Source: Paraspadella gotoi (Eukaryota > Animalia > Chaetognatha). From it: a stretch of DNA of 64,000 bases. Below, piece by piece: positions 1 through 14,441 of the stretch. Position 1 is the first letter of the stretch. Each line of letters begins with the position of its first letter. The position numbers and the translations under genes were made by a program. The notes under the pieces were generated by a model. That model was not told where the DNA came from, searched no databases, and saw only the letters and a program-made list of their open reading frames with translations. The stretch is from the NCBI GenBank assembly GCA_051294375.1, contig CM119271.1:14080770-14144769 (forward strand), written 5' to 3'.

Positions 1-410
1 TCCAGCTTTGTTCAAAAAGAATATAAGAAGATTTGCTGTTTATCGGGGAGAACGGGTAAGTAACGGCCAAACCGAACAGTCAATGTATTGTAGATGATTT
101 ATGTTACAAATTGTAACATGGATCTATGTACCTCTATTATCTATTCATTGAACCAACTGGACAAATTAAATAGGACAATCAGATTATTCATGCATCGAAG
201 TGGCCGTCGAGAAGCGGTAAAACAGTTTCGCACAAAGTGAAAGTCTCAAACTTTTGCTTTTTTTCTTTTCTTCTCATCTACTGACAAATAAAAATCCATT
301 TAAAAAAAAAAAATTTTAATTATCCCTTTTTTCCAATTGTAATGATTAAAAAATTGTTCAAAATCGTTGACTATCATCTTGTCTCTCTTAATTAACATTC
401 TTTTATTTTT

Positions 411-519
411 TTAATTCATCTCCCCTTTTTATTCATCCCGGTTTTAATTCATCTCCCCTTTTTATTCATCCCGGTTTTAATTCATCTCCCCTTTTTATTC
501 ATCCCGGATTTAATTCATC
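411..519. repeat. Tandem repeat, ~33-bp unit x3 (ttaattcatctcccctttttattcatcccgg)
   Basis: Direct reading; lies in the 3' flank of the first gene. Confidence 0.85.
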
Positions 520-575
520 GATATTCAGCTCCGTCTCTCGATTTTCCGATTTCTCTTCGTCTCTCGATCTCGTCT

Positions 576-3135
576 TCAAAAGAGCGCCGCAAAGATGGTC
601 AGGGGGATGTGGTGTCCCCGAAGCGCTTCGTCGAGGGCGTCGCGGAGAGGCTCTTCAATGGAGTGGGCGATCACATTCTGTGAGGAGGGAGGATAGATAG
701 ATAGATAGATAGCTAGATGAATAGATAGATAGCTAGAAATCTATACATCTTTTTAACTATCTATAAGAGAAAGAAAGAAAGAAAGAAAGAAAGCGATCAA
801 GCAAACAAAACAATTAACCAACAAACCAATCAATCAACAAAGCAAGCAATACAGTAGTTCCAACAGACCCCCCCTCCTCTAAGCTCAACCTTCAGCAAGT
901 TGATAATTGCGCCTCCAATCTTCTCAATTATTCCGTCCATCCATTTCATTCCCTTAAAAATATCGACGTCAAGTTCGACGTCGCCGATCGAAACGATCTC
1001 CAGTGACTTGACGGAGCCGTGACTGGTCCGAGCTGGACCCGAGGAGAGAGAGAGAGAGAGAGAGAGAGACCGAGAGAGAGAGAGAGACGAGAGAGAGAGG
1101 AGAGAGAGAGTGAGAAGAGAGGAGAGAGGTCTCCAGCCTCCAATCCCTCGTTCAAACCAGGGGACTGCTCACTTGTTTGATGACGATTTTGCTTCGACCG
1201 AAGAGACAGCGAGCGTCATCTGCGTTTCCCCCAACTCAATAAAAACTCGACGCGAAAACTAAATAGGAGAAAAAAAAACAAAAGGCATAATCATTAAGTT
1301 TAAATCCATCCGTCCGTCCGTCTTTCGGTGTCTTCGGAGGTGAAAGCATGAGAAATATATGTACGTACATCCCAAAATTAGAAGATAGCAATGTGTGTGA
1401 GAGATAAACTGAAAGAGACAGAGAGAAAGAGAGAAATATAGAGACGCGACTCATGAGAAAAGCCTGACCTCGATTTTTATCCCAATTTTCAACCTATTTC
1501 ATCGAATTCATTTTATTCCTAATTTCGGTTCAACCTCATTAAAATACCACTTCCTTTTCTATCCACCAATCTCGACTCTTACTCGACCAACTGACCTAGA
1601 TGACCCACTGACCTTCTTCCTCACCCAACTACCCTGAATGACCAATTGGCCCACCAACCTTCTTCCACAGCCAATCGTGACTCTTACTCGACCAACTGAC
1701 CTGGATGACCCACTCACCCACTGACCTAGCTCAGCCAATCTTTACTTTTCCTCGACCTCCTGACCTGGAATGCCCGCGCAAGTTGATCCAACCTAAATGA
1801 AGAACGAAGGTGTCCACATTCTCTCCTCGCTCGACAGTCGCATCCCCGGTCCTGGAAAATCCAATCGAATCGGAAATCAAAAATCCCGACACCGACCGAC
1901 CGACCAAAGCCCACAAAACCAGGGCTACCTGTTGACCGATTTTAATCCGCTCAGCGATCCGTGGCTCATGGCGGCGAGTCCCGCCAAGTTGCCCAAGGGG
2001 GTCTTCATCTTGAAGGCCTTTTCCAACTTCGGGAGATTAACGGACGAAGGGATCGAAGACTTGACGATCGATATCAAGACGTCGATCAAAGAGTCGATAT
2101 TCGACGTTTCTGATTGGACGAGGGAAAGAGGGTTTATAATTGATTGGCGGAGACATCATTTATTACGAATTCGGTCAAAATATTCGGAAAAAGTTATCGA
2201 TCGACTCGGACCTGGATTTAATAACAAAAAATTTTTGGATTGATCAGAAATACCTGGGAAAAAGTTAATTTTTAGTGACTTTGCTTTGATTGATCAGAAA
2301 CTGATTGGCTAATTATTGAATGGAAAAATCGTTGGATCCTGATTGGCTAAAATTTTAAAGATTTCAAATTTTACTTAAAAAGTTTCCTATTGGTTACAAA
2401 ATAAAATAACTTAAAATAAAAAGAATAAAAGGCTTTGAATGAAAAGAATAAAAGTAACGAAACTGATTGATTGATTGATTGATTGATATTTTTTTTCCCC
2501 AAATGTCTCACCAGGAGATTCCTCGTTATCTTTCGAATCGGTTTCGTTCTTTCCGTTCGCTTCCTCCGCCACCTCCGCTTCCTCCTCCTCTTCCTCCTCA
2601 TCCTTTTTCTCCTTCTTCATCTTCTTCACCATCATCTCCTCCTCCTCCTCTTCCTCCTCCTTCTTCGCAACTTTCTTGAGGAGTTTGTTGTTTCCATCAC
2701 CGTCGTCATTGTCGTCGTCATCTGCATCGTCGCTGTCATTAACATTTTCGTTGTCAGTTTCCACGAGGTGGATAATATTATCAATAGTATCTGCAGGATC
2801 GCTGTCAATGTCGCTATCACGGTCTTTGTCACTTTCGTTATCGTCGTTGTCGTCGTCGGCGGCGTCAGAATTGAAAATCATAGCGAAATTTTCGTTCGTC
2901 TTTTGTTTTCGGTTTTCGTCGACATCATTCACTTTCTGAAATTCGCAATTGATATTCGATAAAAGAAAAATTAAATTTATGAAAGATTCACTTTTTGTAT
3001 AATTATATTTAAATTTTAATTGGTTATTTTGATAAAAAAAAAATTAATTCCAAAAAATCTAACCCATCGACTCCTCGCCGTCGCTGAACCCAAAAGCAGA
3101 AAGAGTAAAGTCACCGTAAACGGGTTCACGCGCAT
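576..3135 (-). CDS. Secreted protein: signal peptide, Asp/Glu-rich region, then Grp7 (mite group-7 allergen)/TULIP-like lipid-binding domain; multi-exon
   Basis: ATG 3135 gives MRVNPFTVTLLFLLLGSATA (signal peptide). Acidic exon ~2935-2512. Exons reading ...HGSLSGLKSVNR|TGDATV..., SVKSLEIVSIGDVELDVDIFKGMKWMDGIIEKIGGAIINLLK|NVIAHSIEEPLRDAL...F*, stop 576, with GT-AG junctions. Exon structure between ~1170 and 1760 could not be resolved. Confidence 0.6.
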
Positions 3136-4440
3136 CTTCGTATGAAAAAGTGAGAATTTATGAGTTTTGGTGAGGTGAAAAAATATAAGTTACAATGGAC
3201 AATGACAATGGCTGCCGAGCCGGAAATAAATTAATTAATTAAATTAATAAATAAATAAATCCCACGCAGATTCGAACCTTATCAACTTTTCGCTGAAAGT
3301 GAAAACTTTATAGTTTCATTAACAAACTTTATTTGTAAGAAATGGAAAGCTTAAGACAGCCATTGGCATCGACATTCCACAGCCTTCTGCGCTGATATAG
3401 ATCTCAAACCACTAACGACAACAGGTAAAATGCCCCAACCGGCTGAGCATTATAGGCATTAAGCAACCCTGCTGTTGTAATAATGCTTATATACGAAAAA
3501 AAAATGACGAAATAAAAAAAATTACCTTGAATTTTGATTCCTCGCTTTCAGGTGGCGAATAATTTTTATCTGTGATTTTTTTTGTTTCGTTTTGTATTAA
3601 CTTTTAAGGGGGAGAATTATCCCTAACCCATCGCAAAAGGACGGAATTTTACTTGCGTTATTATCCCTGACGACGATAATTACGACGATGTACGCGACGA
3701 CACTGACTGACGAAAATTTGTAATTACTAACATATCAACTCCTTTTATTTTTTTCCGATACATCACATTTATATTTTGGCAATAAAACTTTGTATTGCAA
3801 ACCACTAACTTGATGAAAATATCGAACACTAACAATGACTCACAAATCTGGCATTAGTCATAATAATGTAAAAAAACAAAAACAAATTATGTATATTTGA
3901 GACGATTTTAAAAAATGTGAAGGAACGGAGTCACGGCCGATAAGACAAAGCAACATTTTAAAACGAATAAACATCAATGATTTGTAGTAGTCGGGTTAAT
4001 TTCCTAAGCACAACCAGGATTAGTTTTTTAAAAAATCCAAGCCCTTTTTTTTTTAAATTTTAGCTACAATTTTTGTTTTGCCCAAAAATTAAATTCTATA
4101 AATGTAATCTCGTACAAAACTAGATTCGAGGCAGTTTTTGCTTGAGTATTTTCATTTTGAATTCGAGGCATTAAGACTACCTATTTTTGTAATAAAACAC
4201 CCAATGAACATGATTGGTTAATAATGAAATTTTCTAGCACCTTAAAATTAATCTTCAATCTTACGGAAATTGTACGAATGTCATACGTAGATAAAAAAAA
4301 TTGAATCGATACAAATAATTATATGTAGTAAAAGTCTTGTAAAGTCCTTTCAATCAAATCGCAGTAGCAACAGACTATCAGACGTAAAAATACAATTTGG
4401 AGTGAACAGAACGTCAATACCAAACAAAGGTCAATCAGCT

Positions 4441-4519
4441 GTGTAGCAGATTAATTTGTGGATTATCTCAAATGAGATTGAGTTCCTCAATCTCATTTGC
4501 ATATTGTCGTATTCTGATT
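4441..4519. repeat. Dispersed repeat with palindrome CAAATGAGATTGAG-TTC-CTCAATCTCATTTG; inverted copy at ~62905-62983
   Basis: Near-identical reverse-complement copy at ~62905-62983; weaker relative at ~32520-32578. Confidence 0.75.
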
Positions 4520-4759
4520 AAGCTTTGATAAAATTTTGTTCCATCCACAATTAAAACCAGGCAACAGTCTACTAACAGTTAAATCCAAGCAACAGTCATT
4601 CATCAGTCAAATACAAGCAACATTCAATCAAACCTCAACTCCAAGAAACAGTCATATCCAAGCGACAGTCAATAAACAATCACAAAAAGGTTGTCAAAAG
4701 TCAATCAAAAGCTAGTCCGTCGGTCTGTCTGTCTGTCGGTCTGTCCGTCAGTTTGTCGG

Positions 4760-4910
4760 TCAGCAGGGATCGGGGGCGATGACTTGAATTCCGTTGGCGT
4801 CGATCGGTTTGGCCGACGAATCTGGCGGCCGACGTCGAGAACCCAAGACACGCGAGTGGAGATCGTATTTGGGGTTTTTGGCCGTTGCGAATCTGGGGAG
4901 GGAGGGAGGG

Positions 4911-4971
<61 letters not shown>

Positions 4972-4977
4972 AGGGGG

Positions 4978-5043
<66 letters not shown>

Positions 5044-5061
5044 AGAGAGAGAGAGAGAGAC

Positions 5062-5118
<57 letters not shown>

Positions 5119-7254
5119 AGGGAGGGAGGGAGGAGAGAGAGAGAGTAAAAAACTAAAAAAGCACAAAATTTTGGAAAAATTATTTCAATATATTTTAATT
5201 TAAAACAATTTTCTGTTGTTGTTTTCCTCATTCAACGAACCTGTAAACGAAGGCGGCCAAAATTGAACCGATGAAAGTCCCCGTCAAATACCACAGATTG
5301 TTGAGCCAGGATTTTTGAACCGTCTGATTTGAAAAAAATATATGATATATGTTTTATATCTATGCAAAAAAACATGATCTTTTTTTTAATTATCCCGCAA
5401 TCTCCCCATACCAGTATTTTCACCACCCCACAACAACATCAAAGTGATCAACCTTCACTTTCAAAGGTTATCGTTTTTCACCCTCCCTCACCGACATGGA
5501 GTCTTCCCCCTCGTGCGGGACTTCACTTCCGGTTGCTGCCATCGTCGCCCCGATAGCGCGAGCGGGATTCATGCAGGCGCCGCTGATTTCGCCTCTGGAT
5601 ATGGGTTAAATATGTCATAAGTAATGGCATAACATACGGCAATATGATAATTTGGATACATTCGTTGTCTCACGGGAAAAAAACATGAAGTAAAATTCGG
5701 TCCATATGTTTTTTAGCGTTTTTTTAGCGTTAGAGATCATTAATTTCATTTGCATATTCTAGAAATTTAGTTATTGCTAAGCCTTAGATTGCATGAAATG
5801 CTTAAACCATAACTGTGGCCAGTTTTAACTAAGTTTGATAGCATTCACGCACGGACATTCAAAGATCACTCACACAGCGTAAATGTTGACGGTGACGACA
5901 AAGCCGACGGCCAGCGGCGTCAACTGAGCGTCTGGTTGATCGGCCGCAGTTTGGAGGACGATGAAGACGAGAAAGAAAGTGATAACTGCTTCAGTGAGAA
6001 TCGCTTCGATGGTGTCGGTGGAGGCAGGGATGAGCACCATGCCAGCAAGGCCGGCGTCGTACTTGGAAGAGGGGATGATGGCCTGGGAGAAGGAGGGCAG
6101 GGAATTGTGAGTGGATAATGGATGGAATTCATATTAATAAAATAATCGAATCAGCATATCATCGCAGATGGAATCGGAACCAAAAATGGAATCGGATCCG
6201 CGACTCGGGTAAAATCTACCGAGGACTCTCTGATTGGATGAATCATCGTCGAAATCGAACCAATGAGAAGACGGGCTTCATGCCATCGGGAAAACGAGCC
6301 CGTGTCGATGATCCGATTGTCCGATTTTCATCAAAATTTTTAATACCACAAGACCGGATTGTCTGGAGGAATATGGATGTCAAAACAGTCTGTTCAGTCT
6401 GATCAGTGCGCAGGATTTTGTCAGAGCGGGTAGACCCTTGTTAATAAATTTCCCATTTGAAAGATCGAATGTTTGAAATTTAAAAATTAAGCTATAGTTT
6501 CAATTTACAGTACATCAAATATAGATATTTCTAAATAAAAGTTCGAGTATCAATCAAACAGTATTCCTTAATAAATAAAAATAAGAAAATAGTAAAATAA
6601 AATTTCCAGGCAAAACTGAATCAAAAATTATGAAATAACCTCAACCACTACAATATGCAAATGAGATTTAGAATCCAAGTTCTTACCCTGGCCACCAGCG
6701 CTCCCGCCGTCGCGCCCAGAGTCTGACAGACTGAGTAGAGAATGAATTTCAGGATCCTTAATTCACCGACGAGGGCGAAACCGAGTGACACGGCCGGGTT
6801 CACGTGACCGCCGCTGAATTGGAAAATGTGAAAAGGGGGGAGTGAAATTATCGTTAAATATATTTGTGATACACTAAATACGGATCCCAACCAATTTATG
6901 ACTTAGTTATGACTTATATTTATTAATTCATTCCTCGATTCAGTCATTTATTTAAATTTATTTGCTCATTTCAAATAAAACGTCAACCTCTTCATATTAA
7001 GTTAAGTTAACAGTCAATTTTAATTTTAATCAAATACTGATATACATAATTTCATCTACGATTGATAAGACTAGCCTTCTCAGGCACCTGACGGGTCCGA
7101 GGGCAATGATGACGGCGGCGATGGTGAGGCCTGTTGAGATGGGGCCTCCATCAGGCGACGATGAGGAGTTACAGGCGAAGCAGACGCAAATGAAGGTGAG
7201 GATGAAAGTTCCGATGAATTCCGCCAGGAGAGGTTGGATCACCTTTGGCATCAC
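4760..7254 (-). CDS. Aquaporin (MIP family, AQP8-like), core 6 exons; probable further N-terminal exons up to ATG 9916
   Basis: Exons encode IQPLLAEFIGTF..., SGGHVNPAVSLG (NPA1), AILTEAVITFFLVFIV, ISGACMNPARAIG (NPA2), WLNNLWYLTGTFIGSILAAFVYR, and a tail ending PDPC* at 4760. All junctions are GT-AG and in frame. Upstream exons (9916-9789, ~9415-9385, ~8120-7909, ~7862-7717) can be joined in frame but are uncertain. Confidence 0.9.
4905..5144. repeat. (GA)n/(GGGA)n microsatellite in the last aquaporin intron
   Basis: Direct reading; explains the spurious RERE/SLSL ORFs. Confidence 0.95.
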
Positions 7255-8180
7255 TTGAGAATGGAGAGCGTGAGAGTAAATAAAGGACGAGTTTATTAAT
7301 TATCAATTCATTCATTCATTTCATTCCTTTCTTTTCTTCATTTATTCTTTTTTTTTTATTTATTCATTCTTGGATTCGTTGATTTATTCAGTCAAGTTTT
7401 ACAATTCCGAGTTTTTCTTACTTTTTTTTTCCGCCCGAGCATGCATTTATTAAATTTTTTCTCTCCTTTTTTTTTTAATGAAATTAGTAAATCCATTTCA
7501 AAAATTATCTATTATGCTGACTGACTAATGACTATGGTGTATTCAGGCCTCCATCCCTCTTTCAAGATAATAAAATAGCAAGACCCTGTAATCTTTCAAA
7601 CATGGCTCTCTCACAGTCAGGTCTATTCCCTCCCAAACTATCTGGCTTCCCTCTCAGCATATAAAACACTATTCTAAATCCGAGACAGCAAACATCGAAC
7701 TCCCCTTAAAATTCACTTAAACTCGAGAGACCGAGAGACGACAAACGAGCTGCCGATCTCCAAGACCATGATCCTTGACTCGGGGATGAGGAGGAGTGGA
7801 CGACGAGAGGAGGAGGAGGCGTTGAGAGGGGGAAGAGAAGACCCGGGAGGAGAGGAAGGTCCTGGCGGTAGGGGGGAGCCTCTATCCTGCCTTACCCAAT
7901 AACCTTACCCGGCGACATGTCGTTAGGAGTGAAGTAAGTCTGCCAATTCTTATCTCCCCCCGCCATTCTGGTATCGAGCGACGCCACCCAATGTTTCTTC
8001 GCTTTCGATCGACGCGATCCTTTCGTCGGCGAGTCCGACAGCGAAGTGAACTCCCCGTCGTCGGGCAAGTCGGGCAGATCCCCGGCGTCGGCCAGGTCCG
8101 CTATGTCCGCGATTTCGTACCTTCGAAAAGGGAACGAGATGTTATTGGTCGTCGGTAATCGTCGGCGACAATATTGGGCA

Positions 8181-8581
8181 CTATTTCCCGAAAGCCTCCC
8201 ATTTCTGTAACTTAATAAACTTAATAATAATGAATTAATTAGTATCTAATCTTAAAATTTTTAACTAAATTTATTTATATTTAATAACCTAATCTTGGTA
8301 AAATTCTATATTCACCGACTATGATTTTTTCTTTTTATGAATAACTGAATAAAAAAATTATTATATAAAACTTTTTTTCTTATCCCTAATCGGTAAATAT
8401 AAAATTAAGCCCTAATACTTAATCTTCGACCCTAACACTATTTTCGAACTTAAGACCTTAATCCTTAATCCTAATCCTTAATTAAATCCTAAACCATATC
8501 ATACCAAACCCTAATCCTAAATTTAATATTTTATCTTAATTATCAAACTTAATATTTAAACGTAAGCGCTTTGGGAAAATA
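8181..8581. mobile_element. Probable MITE-like element with short inverted ends enclosing degenerate (CCTAA)n telomere-like repeats
   Basis: tatttcccgaaagc ... gctttgggaaaata inverted pair; interior rich in cctaat/ccctaa. Confidence 0.4.
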
Positions 8582-11500
8582 CGGCCAAATATGGTTTATT
8601 TCAAATAACGAAAAAAAAAAAAAAAAAAAAAACAACAACTTTTAAAAAACGTGCGTCGACACGCATGCTATAATCGCGCATGCGCAGTCCGTGGTGCGTC
8701 ATGCCATGCCAATTGCAATGTTGCACGTATCCGAACGAAAACTGACAAGATTGTAGAAACGAAAACGACGAGAGATCTAAGTTGAATTTTAAACCAAATG
8801 TTATTTGCAGAGAATGGAGAGAAACAAATCAATTTTATCGTGATATGTATATAGATTCGTTTTATTTAAATCTATTTATTTGTCTCCAACAATTTATGAA
8901 GACCAAAAAAAAAATGTCTCCTCTACTTTTTTTTTCTTATCTTTCAGCTTCGAAAGTCCCAAAGGTCAAAACAAACTTCGTATTAATTAAGTCTTAATTT
9001 AAGAGGTCGATTCGAATTTTTTTTTTTTTAATTTCTTTTTTTTTTTTTTTTGTCAACACATGATTCTTTCTGCGTCATAGATCGAATATCTTTGTTTCGA
9101 AGGCATTTATGAAAATAGGAAAGAGCGGTTTCAGTCATATTAAGGATTATTAAGGGTGTTGTTTGCTGGGCGATTACCATTTATAAAAAAATAAAAAAGA
9201 ACAAAAAAATCAAATCAAATCGAGGAAATCAAAAAAATTTATAAAACGATCAACGTGAGGATATAAAAAAGATAAACCTTTAGAAAAAAAAAAAAACATT
9301 TAACGAAAATCTAATTACTATGGAATGTACAACCATAACGTACGTAATAATAAAAGTACTTTATTTAAATGATAAATTCAGTACCTCACTTCTTGCCCGA
9401 GCTCTGAACTGTCTCTGTAAAAAATGAATGACGCAAAATAAGTTTTTTTAAAAAGCGGAGCCCTTTGCCGGGTCTTACCTCAACGCTGGACCTTAAAGGC
9501 GCGAATTCACGCTATTTCACTTTGTCCGTATGACCGGCTTGATCTTCGATGGATTTTCACTTACCTTCCGAGTGATAACGATGTCGACGATGAAAGCAAC
9601 TTGTTCAAATTTAGTTATATAAAAAATACTTAATCCTCTTACTCATATCAACGGCCAATCAGTGACCAATATTAAGCTCACCAAAAACTTACCCTAGTCG
9701 AACAAAGATGACCCACGACGATGGCCACAATCTCTAACCTCACCTTCGACTCATCATTCCCCCCCCGCAAAATCTGTAACCTACGTACCTGGAACTCATC
9801 TGCGACTGAGATGCGAGACTTCCTAAACCCAAAACCGAAGATCCAGATGAACCTCCGTCGGTCGAACCAGAATCCGAGTCGTCGTCCGCTTGGATCACGG
9901 GACGCGCGTGGGCCATGGCTCTGCGGAAGAGGAAGAATCGAATCAATCGAAAAGACGCGATTAATAATTAATTAATTAATTAATTAGCAATTAATAATGA
10001 TTTAGAGAATGAGTAAATTGAACGTTCAGTTAGTTAAATTAATCGATTAACAAATCACTCGGTCATTAATCAAATCAAATCCATTACCGGTTGCCATGAC
10101 GACGGTTAAATCTTTCACGACGACGATAGTTAAAATAATTATTTTTATTTTTTTGTAATTCGCGCCGAAGAGTTGACGGATCCTCGGATCTCAGGAATTC
10201 TTCTTTTCTAATCAATCGTTCTTCCCCTTTGAAAAAAAAGGTAAGGCGTCCCGGATCGAATCGGCGATCGACTCACCTGAAAACGAGAATGAATTTCGAC
10301 GACGAGAAAAGACGGGATTCCGTCGGATCGAATCTGGGATGTTGGATCACGACGACGACGACGACGACGTCCAAGTTCGTCCAGTTTTTCCAGTTCTTTA
10401 ATTTTTTTTTCTTTTCGCACCGAACTTTTTTTATCTTCGGCGTCGCGACGAAGATTCGGTTTCCTTGACGTCTGGATAACTATTTTTGGGTCTCATCATC
10501 GGGACAAACAATGTCGTTGATATTGGGACAAAGATTCGGTGCTTTCGGGATAGAGACAAAGATTTAGACGTGTACAGAGAAGACGACATTTACATTCAGA
10601 GTTGTTATTGATTTTTATTATTTTGTTATTTCCATTATTTATTTTGTTCCTGTGTGGATTAGAAATATTTTGGGGACTTAAAAGCCACCATAGCATTTCC
10701 AGAGACAGAGACAAAATGAATGGATAATCTTTGTATTGGTCGTACAAATGTTATACCAGAACCTTTAGTAAATTCAGTAAAGGTTAGGGCTTCGGACCCG
10801 CCGTTGCTTTAGCTTACTATGGGCGCAGTAATACCAAGCTTGAAAAGGGAACCGTTTATAGGATCCAATTGTGTTAACTTGTCAGGATAACAGAGAAAAA
10901 GTGATAAATGAGACGGTTCCGCCTCAACCAAGTGCAGCCACATTAACCGAAAGCGATAGATGTTAAGAGGTCATGACCCACATGAGCCTAATCATCGATT
11001 ATCACAAGAGTGACCGAATGTCTCATGGAAAGCAAATAATTGTTATGAATGGTGACAATCGTACCTTTTAAGGATATTGTAACCATTTTTAAGTTCGTGT
11101 TTAAACCCATTGCAGCGATTTTTTTCCCCTTTTTTTATTTTTAGGAAAGTCAGCTACGTAGCCGGGTTTTCGAAATAAAGAAGACAAACTTGCTCCAAAA
11201 GTCGAGAGTTCAGTTGACCATCTTTGAGAGCCTTTAAAGGTCGAACGAATTCTCAAAAATAAAAGCAGTTTTATTTTTACACTTTTTTTCTCTCAACCGA
11301 AAAAAAAAATATCAAAGGCGAATGAAAACTTGAGACGCAAATTGAATTTGAAAAAAAAAAAGCGGATGGTCAAATTCAAGGTCAGATATGTCGTCGTCGT
11401 CGTCGTCGTCGTTCATATTTCCTGGACATCCGTTTATTCGTCACGCGAACATCTTTTCTCCTCATTTTCTTCTTGTCATTTTTATTTCATCTTTTCATCT

Positions 11501-13099
11501 TGGCTCTCTCTCTCTCCATTTTCATATTTCCTATCTTTTTTTTAAAAATCTTACAGCTTGTAGTGTATCCTTTTGTTTTGAATTTATTTCTTCTTTTTGT
11601 TTAATATTTTAAAGCTAACACTTTTCATTGATTTACTATTCTAGAAATCTTTTTGTTGTACTTTTCTGTAGGTGTACTAGTTCAATTGTGTAGGTGTAGG
11701 CGTAGGCGTACTAGTACAATTCGACACAACCAATGAAATTGTTACGTCATCGAAGATAAGTAAACTAAGATAAAGTTTTGATTCTATGTCATACGTACTT
11801 TTCAAGTTTAAGTATTACATGAAAATTGTAATACTAAAGCTGTAGGAGGTTTATCGCTGACGTTACATTGCCAATTCTCCCTAGAATCAGAATTCCATCG
11901 AATCTCGTGATGTAATTTTAAAAATATTTCCATATTTTATTCATATTTTTTTCCAATTTTCTTTTCTCTCGTCTTCCTCATCCGGGACTTAGGTTCGGTC
12001 GCCGCCGATTTGATCGAGATTCGCAAAATTATGAGTTCTTGACTTATTCTTTCTCTTTTACCTCCCTTTTCTTTTCCTCTTTCTTTTTCTTCTTCTTTTT
12101 CTATTTCTTTTTCTCTTTTTCCTCCTTTTTCTTTATATTCTCTCTTCGTTTTTTCTCTTTCTTTTTATCTAAATCGGTTTTTTTCGTCTATTTTTTCCTC
12201 TTTTTCTATCTCTCTTCCTCTTTTTCTGTCTTTTTCTTTTTTGTTTTTCTTTTCCTCCTTTTCCGTTTTCCTCCTTTTCTTTATATTCTCTCTTTTTCTT
12301 TCTCCTTTTCCTTTTTATCTCGGTCTTTTTCCTCTATTTTTTTTCTTCCTTTTATTTTTCTCCATATCTCGCTCTCGTGTTTCTCAAAAGCGGAACCAAA
12401 ATGTAAAGGGCGACCGGGGAACATCGTCTCTTCCTTCTGCCGTTTGCCGACATGAGCCGAAACGGGACGGTGGACCGAAAAAGAGGACGGAGGGACGATG
12501 GCCACTATTGGCCGAAATGGACGACGGATAAAAGAGCAACGAATGACGAAATATTTGTAGTCACGTGACGCTATTCGCAGGAGCTTGATTTACAATGCAA
12601 TGTTGCGTACATGCTAATGTAAATGCTACTTTATGTCTAACAGCTCCCTCTAAATTTTTCTTTGTATCTCGGACCATTAATAGGAGGACTATCAACATAT
12701 GTTTCTTTCTCTCTCTTTCTCTTTCTCTCTCTTTTGGCTTCTCCGTCTTTTCTTCTGATTGACTAATCTTCTTTTATTTTGTACAAATGTACTCAAGTCT
12801 TAACACTGATAACTCTGAAAAATGTTTTTTCAACGTCTTTGAGGCAAAATTGTTTTACTGGATTCTACTGACGACGACCTATAGCTGTTTCAGGTAATTC
12901 ATTTTAAAAGTAATTCTTACTAGAAATACTTCGGATTCAAGAAAATTTAAATTTGTTGCAACAATACCACATTTTATTGAATTATATTCCAATTCAGTTT
13001 AAGAATGATTTCAAACATTGTAAGTATTTCAAACAAAACGATGATAATGAAGTATTAATGATAGACGGTGACAATGAAAAACGATTCTACTCTTTCCCC

Positions 13100-13660
13100 T
13101 TCTTCCCAGGAAGATTTGTCAGTTTTTGACGGGATGATTGCCTCAGCGAAAAACCTGAAATAAAACAGATATAATCAGATAAGTAAAATAAATTTAGGGG
13201 AAATGCGAAGAATCAAACTGCATCTACCTTCAATCTCTTCTTCGAGTTGACGAGAGAGACGGCGTCCCAAGCGCGTCCGACCGAGGACCAAAAGATCATG
13301 CGACCCTCTGTTCCATCGTCAGATTTCCATGGCGTCGGCGAAAGGACTTATCTGTGATTTGGTTGACAACTGAAATATAAGACGTATTAAAAAGCTATGA
13401 AACCGTCTCGACATGACGGGTCTGACATGACGCATGTTTAAACTATAACGGAAAAAACAAACTCTGAAACTCACCATAGTTGAGGTAATCCGTTGAAAGG
13501 GCGTTGTTCAGCGTTGAGAGGACGGCGGCATCGACGGAATCTCACCCATCGCCGCGAGGCGTCCAGATGTCGAGGTCTCTCGGTATTGATACGCTTTCCC
13601 ATTTCAGACTCCGCACGTTACAAGAGTTTTTCTTCGGATTAAAACACGCTTTCATAATTC
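13100..13660 (-). pseudogene. Spliced-looking GC-rich remnant (three exon-like blocks) with no intact reading frame; pseudogene or lncRNA
   Basis: Canonical GTGAGT and GTAGAT donors and TTTCAG acceptors on the minus strand, but each joined frame contains stops. Confidence 0.3.
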
Positions 13661-14441
13661 TTGTCTTTTTCTGTTCGATGGAAAAAAGTTACGAATAAAA
13701 ACATTTCTTTTATTCCGAAAATAAACGAAGCCATTTTAAAACGTGGCGACTTTAGGGCTCGGCCATCCGTAAAGATGGGCAGAGATTTTTAAAAACAAAC
13801 GAATTTCAACAAACAAAACCATTAGTATTTCGTTTAATTATTTCTCATGACACGAAGATGGCGATAGATTATAAAAGATAGAAGCATTAAAAACTATTGT
13901 TCTACGAACGTACTTCAAAACGGTACAGTCATCCGTAAACTGACTACGAGAAACGCAGTCACCAAAAATCCCATTAAAGAAAAAGGATCACGCAAATACC
14001 GTCGCAATACTCTTTTTTTTGTATTTTCTCTTTTCTCCTTAAATTTAAACATGGCCGAGTGATTAATATTGTATATACTAAACTCAATGTAAAATAAAAC
14101 TCCGCGTCTGAGAGAGAATTTAATGAATTTCTCAATACGAAAAATAAATTAAAAAAATTAATCGATGCACTCATTCGAAATTTCATTGGTGTCAGAAAGA
14201 ACTGACAAATGGCACTGACAGATGGCGATAAATGAAACATGATACCTCCCCCGATCTTCAAAATATAAAATGACCAACATCTATTGAACCAATTCTTGTA
14301 CTAGAAATACATTTTTTGGGAGGGTTTAATTTAAAAAGAAAAATTCCATTCCGACAGAGTTTTCCTCATTTCCTTCCGACGCGCTCGTCACAGCTCCTTT
14401 CGCTTTCCCATCCAGCTCCTTTTGCTCGCTCCAGTCGCGTC

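Noticed and set aside
4691-5231. ORFs with RERE/SLSL repeats (also ~19505-19874, 12039-12531, 25591-26251, 50070-50366)
   Set aside because: Translations of microsatellites or low-complexity tracts in introns and intergenic DNA.
10749-11057. Possible solo LTR or structured RNA (TGTTA...TGACA with hairpins)
   Set aside because: No TSD and no second copy in the window.
13474-13660. Selenoprotein candidate (in-frame TGA in ...RGDG*DSVDAAVL...)
   Set aside because: The next exon also has stops in every frame, and there is no recognisable family or SECIS.
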